From sequence record OP292654.1: a DNA stretch of 64,000 bases. One strand, written 5' to 3'. The notes under the pieces were generated by a model that was given only the letters and a program-made list of their open reading frames with translations, had not been told where the DNA came from and did not search any database. The position numbers were made by a program, and so were the translations under genes. The stretch's first letter is position 1. Every line of letters starts with the position of its first letter. Below, piece by piece: positions 6,763-14,711 of the stretch.

Positions 6763-6810
6763 CAAAGTGATGTTTGGGCGGTTTGATAATATATAAATCC
6801 AAACAGAACA

Positions 6811-6856
6811 AAGAATCTTCCAGCAATTAAAACGGTTGAATAATATATAGATTCTT
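6811..6856 (+). ncRNA. CAGCAA-family minimal element
   Basis: AAGAATCT/AGATTCTT stem, CCAGCAA; short interior with only a weak hairpin. Confidence 0.6.
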
Positions 6857-6860
6857 GATT

Positions 6861-6936
6861 AGGCTCATGGTGTAATTGGCTAACACACCGGATTTTGATT
6901 CCGGCATTCTAGGTTCGAGTCCTAGTGGGCCTGCCA
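6861..6936 (+). tRNA. trnQ: tRNA-Gln(TTG)
   Basis: cloverleaf, CCGGA-TT TTG AT-TCCGG, encoded CCA. Confidence 0.95.
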
Positions 6937-7081
6937 ATTTAAAGATTTCATCACTTCCTGTGTGAAACAAGCTGGTATTTCCCCCTGCTTGTAAAATTAT
7001 CGAAAGGGAACCGAGTAGCACCTGTACAGGTCAGTTCGTAAAGAACAAGTATGTACAGTACTGACAGCGGCAGTACAACCT

Positions 7082-7154
7082 GCGAGTATCATATAGAGGC
7101 TTAATATGCTGTCCTTCCAAGTCGGTCACATCGGTTCGAATCCGATTACTCGCT
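7082..7154 (+). tRNA. trnG: tRNA-Gly(TCC)
   Basis: GCGAGTA/TACTCGC acceptor, CT TCC AA loop, one anticodon-stem mismatch. Confidence 0.88.
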
Positions 7155-7281
7155 CAGATTAAGTAAACAAACAAACAAAAAGGTAAATCCTATGATGCTA
7201 TAGAAATTCAGTACTGGTCCACCGGATAAAGTTAATTCAGAACAAAACACTAAATTAATTACTATCCAAAAGGAACATACT

Positions 7282-7608
7282 ATGTTGACCAAAGAACAAT
7301 TCATTACTGTAACAACAACCTGGAAACTTGAAAAAGAGCATACTGTACACGAGCATATTATCTATAATATTCTTCGGGGTAAGTCGGCTGATGAAGGTTT
7401 CGTGCCATTGACTGATTGGGGTCGCCTACATGCGAGTCAAAACAATCCTTGGTTTAACTATGACAATGCGATTCTTGAATTGCGTTACCGCTTGAATGAA
7501 AAGCGTTATGGTTATGAAGGTACAGTAAAACATTATTCCGAAGTTTTCGGCATTGATTTTACACCGGACTTAGTTGCTGCTATCGTCGCAGAACTTAAGA
7601 CCAAATAA
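7282..7608 (+). CDS. hypothetical protein
   Basis: AAGGA RBS. Confidence 0.7.
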   Translation: MLTKEQFITVTTTWKLEKEHTVHEHIIYNILRGKSADEGFVPLTDWGRLHASQNNPWFNYDNAILELRYRLNEKRYGYEGTVKHYSEVFGIDFTPDLVAAIVAELKTK

Positions 7609-7614
7609 CAAATT

Positions 7615-7678
7615 TAGAATCTAACAGCAAACACTATTTTATTTCACTTATCTTGAAAACCGAAAATAATAGATTCTA
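7615..7678 (+). ncRNA. CAGCAA-family minimal element with anticodon-like loop TAT
   Basis: TAGAATCTA/TAGATTCTA stem, ACAGCAA, TTCA-CT TAT CT-TGAA AAC. Confidence 0.75.
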
Positions 7679-7693
7679 GTCTTTATTCTCAAA

Positions 7694-7960
7694 ATGAGGA
7701 AAACTGATATGGCACGTGAGTTTATGCACTTTGCTTACTTCAAAGAAGTAACCAAAATGGAGCAAGCAAAATCTGGTATTAAACCACTAGAAATAGAAGA
7801 TTTTGCGAACCAAATCGAAGAAATGGTTCAAAAGATGATCGATGCTGGTGAAGATGAAGGTATGTTTCGTATAACTTTACCTGATAACTTACCGCCAGAA
7901 AAAGCAGTTGAGTTCATTGACGAAGTTATGCGTCGTCTAAATGATCGTTTCGGTGGATAA
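7694..7960 (+). CDS. hypothetical protein
   Basis: ORF in co-directional run. Confidence 0.6.
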   Translation: MRKTDMAREFMHFAYFKEVTKMEQAKSGIKPLEIEDFANQIEEMVQKMIDAGEDEGMFRITLPDNLPPEKAVEFIDEVMRRLNDRFGG

Positions 7961-8450
7961 CATGACTTCCTCTGAAATTTCTCAGGCAAGAACTGCGTTC
8001 GATATTCTCGTTAGAGATAAAGAACGCATGATTGATTTAATCAATCGTGATAAGTTACAGATTAATAGCGGTGCTAAGTTTGTAATTGAACAGTACTTAA
8101 ATGGTACACTTGAAAGTTTAGATACTTCTTTGTACTCCAATTCGGTACTGATTGCTATTGATTTACTGAAAAAAGCATTGGAAGAAAGTAAGCCAATTTA
8201 TGGTGACTTTTATCCTGAATTACGTCAACGTTACTTTGAAATATTAAATTGTCAACCAATTGAGAATTCAAACAACGCACTTACTGATAGTCATTTAGCG
8301 TGGATGTTAACTGAACTATCTAAACCAACTATGTCGGAAACAAAGAAACATCGTTGGCTTGGATACATTCAGGGTGTAATGGCTACAAAGTCTCACATTG
8401 TTGTAAACGAAGAACGTGACGCTACCCGCGACGTGTTTAAGGGGAAATGA
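7941..8450 (+). CDS. hypothetical phage protein
   Basis: C-terminal HLAWML...KKHRWLGYIQG motif recalled from phage proteins. Confidence 0.7.
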   Translation: MIVSVDNMTSSEISQARTAFDILVRDKERMIDLINRDKLQINSGAKFVIEQYLNGTLESLDTSLYSNSVLIAIDLLKKALEESKPIYGDFYPELRQRYFEILNCQPIENSNNALTDSHLAWMLTELSKPTMSETKKHRWLGYIQGVMATKSHIVVNEERDATRDVFKGK

Positions 8451-8662
8451 TGTTTAAGTACTTTGTTCGTTATGAATACACATACTTCAGGCGTGGTGCT
8501 TATTGGGAAGACAGTTCTGGTGAGCATGTAAAAGAAACTGATTCCATGATCATCAGTTCTGAAAAAGAACTAGATGAAATCTTTGAAGTACAGGATATTA
8601 TTAAGGAAAAACTTAATATGTCCCAAACATATTTTGATATTATTGCCATGAACAGGTTATAA
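8447..8662 (+). CDS. hypothetical protein
   Basis: ATGA overlap with upstream gene. Confidence 0.6.
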   Translation: MMFKYFVRYEYTYFRRGAYWEDSSGEHVKETDSMIISSEKELDEIFEVQDIIKEKLNMSQTYFDIIAMNRL

Positions 8663-8670
8663 TATCTGTT

Positions 8671-8742
8671 GGAGCCATCGTTTATCGGTTAGGATACTCC
8701 CCTGTCACGGGAGTGGGGCGGGTTCGATTCCCGCTGGTTCCG
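8671..8742 (+). tRNA. trnD: tRNA-Asp(GTC)
   Basis: cloverleaf, CTCCC-CT GTC AC-GGGAG. Confidence 0.95.
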
Positions 8743-8761
8743 CTAATTAATAAGGAAACTT

Positions 8762-9043
8762 ATGAATAAGAAAGCAAAGAAGCGTATCTTTGATGCAGTA
8801 ATGGCATCATCAGGTGAACATGTTCAAAACAATCACCGTTATCGTAATCTGGTAAAGAAAAGCATACTAATGCGTTCTCGTGGTCGTGGTCGCCGTAAGT
8901 ATAAAGGTGGCCTATGGACTGAAGCTGAAATCATTCATACAATGACTTGGCGACATAAAGAAACTTATCCCGAATGGGATGCTGAAGAAGCCGCACGTTT
9001 AGAACAAAGTGTTGGCTTGCTGTGTGGAAATCCAAATGCATAA
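8762..9043 (+). CDS. hypothetical basic protein
   Basis: TAAGGA RBS. Confidence 0.65.
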   Translation: MNKKAKKRIFDAVMASSGEHVQNNHRYRNLVKKSILMRSRGRGRRKYKGGLWTEAEIIHTMTWRHKETYPEWDAEEAARLEQSVGLLCGNPNA

Positions 9044-9556
9044 AGCAGTATTAATTTTCGAACATACTTGGTATGGCTACGATGGTGATTCTTCACGCGA
9101 AGACACTGTAGTACTGACAGCCGATAATCAAGCAGTTCTTAATCATCTTATTGAAAAAGAATGCCGTAATAAGGTGACTACCCAATATGGCGATTTTGGT
9201 CTAATGACACATCAATGCGTACTGAAAAGTACTGATACGTTTGAGACTAAATAAATGGTAACTTACGACGAGTTACAAGAAAATGGTGAATTAGTTTCAT
9301 CTGGTTCATCGCTTCATCTTTGGGATGAAGTTTATTTGTATAACGGTAAGAAATATCAAGTGATGGGTACTATTAGTGAACCTGATTACGTTGAAATAAC
9401 TGAAGTTTTATAAATAAAAATAAGAGCAGAGTACGAAAGTACACCTATAAGAAGCAACGGGTATGGTTATAGAAACCAATGTCTTAGGATACGATCTATA
9501 ATAAAGTGCCGCTTCAATGAACAGCCCCGAAGGGCTGTTTAACTATAATATAAATT

Positions 9557-9632
9557 GTTCGTGTAGCTCAGTTGGAATTAGAGCATTTGTCTACGAAACA
9601 AAGGGTCGCAGGTTCGAGTCCTGCCATGAACA
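9557..9632 (+). tRNA. trnR: tRNA-Arg(ACG)
   Basis: cloverleaf, TTTGT-CT ACG AA-ACAAA. Confidence 0.95.
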
Positions 9633-9653
9633 CTAAATCTAAGGATTAACGAA

Positions 9654-9872
9654 ATGAAAACATTGAAAGACATGGTGAAAGACAAAAAAGTCTATTTTAG
9701 CCATTATAAAGAAAATGAGTTATGGTATACTACTGAATGTGGCTTTATGTTCCCCGTTCCCGTAGCTGATACTGGTAACGCAGAATTTAAAAATGAAGAC
9801 AAAGCCACGTTCTTCATGCGTTGGATTCGTAAGCACTTAGAAATGATTGCTGCTGAGAAAGAGAATGCATGA
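9654..9872 (+). CDS. conserved hypothetical phage protein
   Basis: LWYTTECGFMFPVPV.DTGNA.F...DKA.FFMRWIRKH. Confidence 0.7.
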   Translation: MKTLKDMVKDKKVYFSHYKENELWYTTECGFMFPVPVADTGNAEFKNEDKATFFMRWIRKHLEMIAAEKENA

Positions 9873-10215
9873 TGAAAGTTGGAAGGATTATCCTGATAAA
9901 AGAGATTTTCCTTCCTCCGAGCAATGGACAAAGATACATTACGTACTTGAAGTATGCCAGAAGGTAGGCATTGAGTACTGTAGTTCATACTTCACGTATG
10001 AGTACTTTAGAAAGTACTGTTATCTACCGGATACGGGGTTTTGTTTTAACACACAATATGTGTATTTCGACGGAACTCCCCGATTTATAGATAAAGTACA
10101 TTCAGAAGAATCTTTCTTCCAGCAAAGTACAGTACATGATTATTACGATTTAACTTTCGAAGAGATCATGCTACTTAAACAGATCTATGAATTTATAGTA
10201 GGAGAGTTCCCATAA
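9865..10215 (+). CDS. hypothetical protein, EE-x-FQ-x-[ST] paralog family
   Basis: SEESFFQQSTVHD motif. Confidence 0.65.
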   Translation: MHDESWKDYPDKRDFPSSEQWTKIHYVLEVCQKVGIEYCSSYFTYEYFRKYCYLPDTGFCFNTQYVYFDGTPRFIDKVHSEESFFQQSTVHDYYDLTFEEIMLLKQIYEFIVGEFP

Positions 10216-10247
10216 AGGGTGCTCTCCTTTTTTATTTGGAGCAGTAA

Positions 10248-10682
10248 ATGGCAGCAAGGACATTAGTACAGAAATTTAAAGTCTATACTGAAGTAAATGA
10301 ACGTGACAGAGATACAATCTATGATTTTCTGTACGTTCAGAAAGCAGTTCTTTTACAAGGTAATACCTTTTCAATTGAAGCAAACATGATAGACCAACTA
10401 GCTATCACTGTAGATCAAGATGATTCAAGAACTATCGTTACTTGTCATCCTGATAATATGAGTGTTTGGGTAGGTCGTCATTATAGAGAAGCGAGTAGGT
10501 CAGGAGAATCTAATTGGAGTTCAGAACATGAATTCACAATTGATTACGATATTACTCCAGAATGGATGTTCCAGATTAGTACTCAATATGATTTGGGATT
10601 CTTAGAACATCGTTATATTAAGTACCTACGTAAACTTAATGAATTGTACGGTACTGAAGAAGAAGCTGAAGAAACAGCTTAA
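10248..10682 (+). CDS. hypothetical protein, EE-x-FQ-x-[ST] paralog family
   Basis: TPEWMFQISTQYD motif; GGAG RBS. Confidence 0.7.
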   Translation: MAARTLVQKFKVYTEVNERDRDTIYDFLYVQKAVLLQGNTFSIEANMIDQLAITVDQDDSRTIVTCHPDNMSVWVGRHYREASRSGESNWSSEHEFTIDYDITPEWMFQISTQYDLGFLEHRYIKYLRKLNELYGTEEEAEETA

Positions 10683-10690
10683 AATAAAAT

Positions 10691-10718
10691 GAAACGGCAC
10701 AAGAAATTGTGCTATAAT
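10691..10718 (+). promoter_or_regulatory. GAAACG-N16-TATAAT class promoter
   Basis: GAAACG 10691, TGTGC-TATAAT 10713, directly upstream of tRNA-Pro. Confidence 0.65.
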
Positions 10719-10793
10719 CGGAGTGTGGGCTAATTGGTTAGCCGCCTAGTTTGGGGCTAGGAGTTTATGTAGGTTCGAGTCCTATCATTCCGA
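10719..10793 (+). tRNA. trnP: tRNA-Pro(TGG)
   Basis: cloverleaf, CCTAG-TT TGG GG-CTAGG. Confidence 0.9.
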
Positions 10794-10799
10794 CTAATT

Positions 10800-10873
10800 G
10801 CTTGTTTAACTCAGTTGGTTAGAGTGCCATCTTTACACGGTGGAAGTCACAAGTTCGAATCTTGTAACAAGCA
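10800..10873 (+). tRNA. trnV: tRNA-Val(TAC)
   Basis: cloverleaf, CCATC-TT TAC AC-GGTGG. Confidence 0.93.
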
Positions 10874-10885
10874 CACAATACACTT

Positions 10886-10959
10886 CGGAGTGTAGCTCAG
10901 TCTGGTAGAGTGTTCCGTTTGGGGCGGAAAAGTCGCAGGTTCAACTCCTGTCACTCCGA
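10886..10959 (+). tRNA. trnP: tRNA-Pro(TGG), second copy
   Basis: cloverleaf, TTCCG-TT TGG GG-CGGAA. Confidence 0.93.
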
Positions 10960-11017
10960 CAAAATTTGAAAAGTAATTCATATCCAAAAGAAAAGACTAA
11001 ATACTCTAAACAAAGGA

Positions 11018-11584
11018 GTGTTTATGAAACAATTTTCAAAGGATGAATTATTAGAAGCTGCTAAATCAGCAACGACCAAAAAAGAAGTATATCTTAATTT
11101 GGGAATTACAACTATGAATGGTCGTTATACTAAGATATTAAAAGAACAATTTGAACTACATAATGTAGATTTAGATATGATAATTTTCAATAATCTTAAT
11201 ATTGAAAAAACATGTCCAGTTTGTAATAGTACGTTTATTGTATCACGTTCAGTTGATTTAACTAAGCCAAAAACAACTTGTTCATATAGTTGTGCGAATA
11301 CATATTTTAGAACAGGAACTGATCATCCAAACTTTGATTCAGATTCTACTTATGCTTACAGATTTATATGTTTTGCTAATCATGAAAAGAAATGTGTAGT
11401 ATGCGATGAACAAAATATTGTAGCAGTACATCATTATGATGAAAACCATCACAATAATGAACCATCGAATTTGGTTCCTATGTGTCCAACCCATCATAGT
11501 TATATGCATAGTAGTTTTAAACATTTAATTGAAGAACAAGTACATCAATATGTTCTTAAATGGAAAACAGAAAATGAAACGTAA
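11018..11584 (+). CDS. HNH homing endonuclease
   Basis: CPVC..CSYSCAN zinc finger; KCVVCD...VHHYDENHHNNEPSNLVPMCPTHH. Confidence 0.85.
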   Translation: MFMKQFSKDELLEAAKSATTKKEVYLNLGITTMNGRYTKILKEQFELHNVDLDMIIFNNLNIEKTCPVCNSTFIVSRSVDLTKPKTTCSYSCANTYFRTGTDHPNFDSDSTYAYRFICFANHEKKCVVCDEQNIVAVHHYDENHHNNEPSNLVPMCPTHHSYMHSSFKHLIEEQVHQYVLKWKTENET

Positions 11585-11888
11585 TAGACAAATGTTATTA
11601 AGTACTGAATCAGATACTGATATTAAAGTAACTAAAATTAAGAACCGCTGGCATGCAAGACTGTTCGTTAATGGTAAGTTAAGTGATGAAATGGCTTGTG
11701 AATTGCGATCAGATATTGGTTGGATATGCCGAGAAATGATGCGGTGGTGCGATAAGTTAGGTGCTGGTAATAAGCATACTAGTTCAGCCAGAACTCGTCA
11801 TAACAAAGATGATGCTCCACGTGGTAAAGTACTTTATTATGGTGAGATTCAAAATAATATTGCTAAGCATAAGGCGAAAAAGAAATAA
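11574..11888 (+). CDS. hypothetical protein
   Basis: ORF overlapping the HNH stop. Confidence 0.6.
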   Translation: MKRNRQMLLSTESDTDIKVTKIKNRWHARLFVNGKLSDEMACELRSDIGWICREMMRWCDKLGAGNKHTSSARTRHNKDDAPRGKVLYYGEIQNNIAKHKAKKK

Positions 11889-11901
11889 TCGAATAGTCAG
11901 T

Positions 11902-11976
11902 GGTGGCTGTGAGCGTAGTTGGTTAACGTTCCTGCCTGTGACGCAGATGACGTGGGTTCGAATCCCACCAGCCACA
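11902..11976 (+). tRNA. trnH: tRNA-His(GTG)
   Basis: G(-1)GTGGCTG/CAGCCAC acceptor, CT GTG AC loop. Confidence 0.88.
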
Positions 11977-12013
11977 CAAAACGATTGCACAACGTTTTAA
12001 ATTGTGCTAATCT

Positions 12014-12087
12014 GTACCTGTAGCTCAGTTGGTTAGAGCGTCGGTTTGAAAGTCCGAAGGTCGCGAGTTCGAATCTCGCTGGGTACA
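12014..12087 (+). tRNA. trnF: tRNA-Phe(GAA)
   Basis: cloverleaf, TT GAA AG loop. Confidence 0.92.
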
Positions 12088-12108
12088 CAAATTACTTTTA
12101 AATTGTCC

Positions 12109-12137
12109 TTGACAGGGCTACGTCTATATGATATACT
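12109..12137 (+). promoter_or_regulatory. sigma70-type promoter
   Basis: TTGACA-N17-TATACT with TG extension. Confidence 0.8.
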
Positions 12138-12168
12138 ACTGTCCTTAAATCAGAATGGGAAACCGGAA

Positions 12169-12636
12169 ATGAGCAAGATTAAAAGTACTATCAACTTAGT
12201 AAGTCTGTGGCCTCTTGAGAATCGTGTGGAAGACACGCCCGTAACGATTCTCTCGGCCTCTCAGAAAGAAGCGACTGAACAAGTCTCTGCTATTCTGGAT
12301 GCACGTACTACCACGGAACGTAACGCTGAAGGTGAAGTAACTTTCCAGTGTTATTGTAAAAGCGTAGATAAATCTGAAATCTACGAAGCGAAAATCTTTG
12401 ACATGTCAACTGCTTCTCAGCGTCTGACGGCTGAACAGATCCTGGACTTCATCGTTAATAACGGTGTTCGCCTGGTTCCAACGCCGCTGAATTGGGAAAC
12501 CAGTACTGGTGAGCCAGCCAGTTATGTAACTCATGACGTGTATGTAGGCAAGCGTCGTTATCAAGGTATGTCAGTTGTTGATGCAATTCATCAGCATCTG
12601 AATGATCCTGTAAAGGAATATAAAGACGCGGAATAA
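12169..12636 (+). CDS. hypothetical protein
   Basis: ATG 12169 downstream of promoter; terminator-like hairpin after stop. Confidence 0.7.
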   Translation: MSKIKSTINLVSLWPLENRVEDTPVTILSASQKEATEQVSAILDARTTTERNAEGEVTFQCYCKSVDKSEIYEAKIFDMSTASQRLTAEQILDFIVNNGVRLVPTPLNWETSTGEPASYVTHDVYVGKRRYQGMSVVDAIHQHLNDPVKEYKDAE

Positions 12637-12678
12637 TCGTCTACGTGGGGAACTACGGTTCCCCTAATAAGGAAAGTT

Positions 12679-12882
12679 ATGATTCTCAATCGTAAGCAAA
12701 TCGAACAACTTGCTAGAATGGCAGGTTATGAAGTAAAAGATATTTCTGGTTCAGAACCAGAAGAAGAATTCCAGTTATTCAAGGGAAGCTTGGTTGACCC
12801 TGAAAATGGAGAATTCATCGAAGGTATTATAGCATGTAGCTATGAATATCCAGATGAAATTATGGATATACTTGAGCCTTAA
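12679..12882 (+). CDS. hypothetical acidic protein
   Basis: TAAGGA RBS. Confidence 0.65.
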   Translation: MILNRKQIEQLARMAGYEVKDISGSEPEEEFQLFKGSLVDPENGEFIEGIIACSYEYPDEIMDILEP

Positions 12883-13052
12883 TATATGATGAAATTTTTC
12901 AAACAGCTATTTTGTGGGCATTATGTCAGTATGGAAGTTTGTAAAATTCATTATAAACCGAATCTTACAGAACTTGAATATCAACGCATCTGTAAGGATT
13001 GCGGTAAGAAAATTGGTAAAAGTACTATAAAATCAATCGCTAAGGTATAACC

Positions 13053-13265
13053 ATGAAAAAGAACAAAGGTTTAGAACAATTCATAGAACAAGCAATGAAT
13101 GTTGATGACGATCTGGTTCAACGTGGTCAGATACATGGTGATTTTAATCCAGAAGAAGTTGCTAAAACATTAAACCTCAACGGTGACACTATTCACCTTG
13201 AAGGTACTGTTGATGAAAAAGCTGACCAACTTCTGGACATGTTCAAGAAGTTGGACGAAAAATAA
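13053..13265 (+). CDS. hypothetical acidic protein
   Basis: TAAGGT RBS. Confidence 0.65.
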   Translation: MKKNKGLEQFIEQAMNVDDDLVQRGQIHGDFNPEEVAKTLNLNGDTIHLEGTVDEKADQLLDMFKKLDEK

Positions 13266-13277
13266 AAACAGAACTTA

Positions 13278-13351
13278 ATAGTAGTAAGTCAATTGGTAAC
13301 GACTCCCTATTAAGATTAGGAGAATGTGTGGTTCAAATCCCTCCTACTATT
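13278..13351 (+). pseudogene. degenerate tRNA-like gene, anticodon AAG
   Basis: ATAGTAG/CTACTAT acceptor, AGTC/GACT D-arm, CCTA-TT AAG AT-TAGG; T-stem largely mispaired. Confidence 0.6.
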
Positions 13352-13360
13352 AAGTACTAT

Positions 13361-13433
13361 GCCTCGTTAGCTCAGTTGGTAGAGCATCCGACTTTTAATC
13401 GGAGTGTCACTGGTTCAAGCCCAGTACGGGGTA
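13361..13433 (+). tRNA. trnK: tRNA-Lys(TTT)
   Basis: cloverleaf, TCCGA-CT TTT AA-TCGGA. Confidence 0.95.
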
Positions 13434-13450
13434 CTAACTTTGAGGTACAT

Positions 13451-13636
13451 ATGAAAAGCACAGAAGAACAATTTCTGAATTTATTATCCAAAGACATTGA
13501 TGAACATCCAGAGAACTTAGTACCAGTAAGTACTGAAATGTGGAATAGCATTAAAGAACTAACTGCTGGTGTTGAAGTTGATTTGGATTCACCTATAGAG
13601 GACGATGAAGATGAAACCGGAACAATGGATCATTGA
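13451..13636 (+). CDS. PrlF antitoxin C-terminal-domain-like peptide
   Basis: FLNLLSKDIDEHPENL...ELTAGVEVDLDSPIEDDE resembles the E. coli PrlF C-terminus (FLRFLDADIQNNPQ...KLVAGMDVNIDDEIGDDE, from memory); GAGG RBS. Confidence 0.65.
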   Translation: MKSTEEQFLNLLSKDIDEHPENLVPVSTEMWNSIKELTAGVEVDLDSPIEDDEDETGTMDH

Positions 13637-13740
13637 TGATATGCGAGCAATGCGTTCTATAAAAGAACGTACTTACGAACAACAAGCGTACCTTGAGTTA
13701 CTTCAATGGTATTGTTCAGTACTGAACGGGAAAGCATAAT

Positions 13741-14064
13741 ATGACGACGAATATCGTTTTGCTTATCGTTTCTGCTATGTTATTAGCCGCAGCGATGTTT
13801 ACGTACTTTGGTTATCTTAGGATTTCCAGTATTTTGTATGTTCGGTTGGTAGAACAACCAGAACCACCAAAACCTGGTGAATTAAAACAGTCTCCGTACC
13901 GTATAGCACGATATTGGAATACGTATCAAAACAAAGATCTGTATTACATCTATAAAGGTAATACAATGCATGTTGATAGGCGTTTCAGTACTGCTAAAGA
14001 AGCTCAAACATCACTGAATGAGTTAGAGCAGTTGGAAGGCTATACACATACTAAGGTGGTGTAA
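13741..14064 (+). CDS. single-pass membrane protein (SPY paralog trio)
   Basis: N-terminal TM helix; QSPYRI..YIYKG..FST.KEA..LNELE. Confidence 0.7.
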   Translation: MTTNIVLLIVSAMLLAAAMFTYFGYLRISSILYVRLVEQPEPPKPGELKQSPYRIARYWNTYQNKDLYYIYKGNTMHVDRRFSTAKEAQTSLNELEQLEGYTHTKVV

Positions 14065-14065
14065 A

Positions 14066-14392
14066 ATGCATCCATTACTAATCGCAGCTTTAGTTGTTTT
14101 TGGTGCGGTATGTTTGATGTACATTAATGTCAAAAGCATCGCAGCTACTATATACATCAAGACAGTACGGGTACATGAAGAAATTGATTCTGATTTACCT
14201 GAAAGTCCATATTCAATATATCCTGCTAAAACACAAGCAGGAAAAACTGGATTTACCATTTTGAAAAATGGTCGTTATATGACCATTGCTGGTAGTAGCC
14301 AATATACCGTCTATCACATATTAGAAGATGCGGTAATAGCCATGAACAAGTACGAAAAACTTGATCGTGTTCGTGTAACTAAATTGGATTGA
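14066..14392 (+). CDS. single-pass membrane protein (SPY paralog trio)
   Basis: N-terminal TM; ESPYSI..FTILKNG..LEDAV..MNKYE. Confidence 0.7.
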   Translation: MHPLLIAALVVFGAVCLMYINVKSIAATIYIKTVRVHEEIDSDLPESPYSIYPAKTQAGKTGFTILKNGRYMTIAGSSQYTVYHILEDAVIAMNKYEKLDRVRVTKLD

Positions 14393-14396
14393 TACT

Positions 14397-14711
14397 ATGA
14401 GTGACATTCAAGTACTGCTATTCTGTTGTCTCATTGCGTTTATTACCATTTGTATTGTTTACGTAATGAATAAAAAGACTGCCGCACGGTTATTCAACCA
14501 GGTAGTTAACCCTGAAGATGCGTTACCACCGAGTCCTTATGGGGTTTCTCGTGAACATGGTTCTGGCGGCTGGGGATACTGTATCACTAAAGATGGTGAA
14601 GTGATGTTCAGTGATAATAAATCCCGAATCTTTGGTTCAATTGAAGAAGTTGTTCGTGAGATCAACAAACTCGAAGGAGTTCAAGGATTCAGGAAAACTA
14701 AAATAAGGTAA
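14397..14711 (+). CDS. single-pass membrane protein (SPY paralog trio)
   Basis: N-terminal TM; PSPYGV..YCITKDG..FGSIEEVV.EINKLE. Confidence 0.7.
   Translation: MSDIQVLLFCCLIAFITICIVYVMNKKTAARLFNQVVNPEDALPPSPYGVSREHGSGGWGYCITKDGEVMFSDNKSRIFGSIEEVVREINKLEGVQGFRKTKIR

Noticed and set aside
2393-7678. CAGCAA elements as preQ1 riboswitches or known small ribozymes (hammerhead, hairpin, twister, HDV/theta)
   Set aside because: The A-rich segment lies inside the stem rather than after it as in preQ1-I. I could not find the catalytic-core consensus of those ribozymes, and the elements are not consistently 5' of metabolic genes.
9654-9872. Assigning this conserved small protein to a named anti-defence sponge family (Tad/Acb4)
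   Set aside because: I cannot recall a diagnostic match; left as hypothetical pending an HMM search.
13328-13450. N-terminal extension of ORF 13328-13636 (and similar extensions at 12046, 18430, 22532, 56494-57435, 61576-63732)
   Set aside because: The extensions run through tRNA genes, promoters or neighbouring genes; downstream ATGs have proper RBSs.
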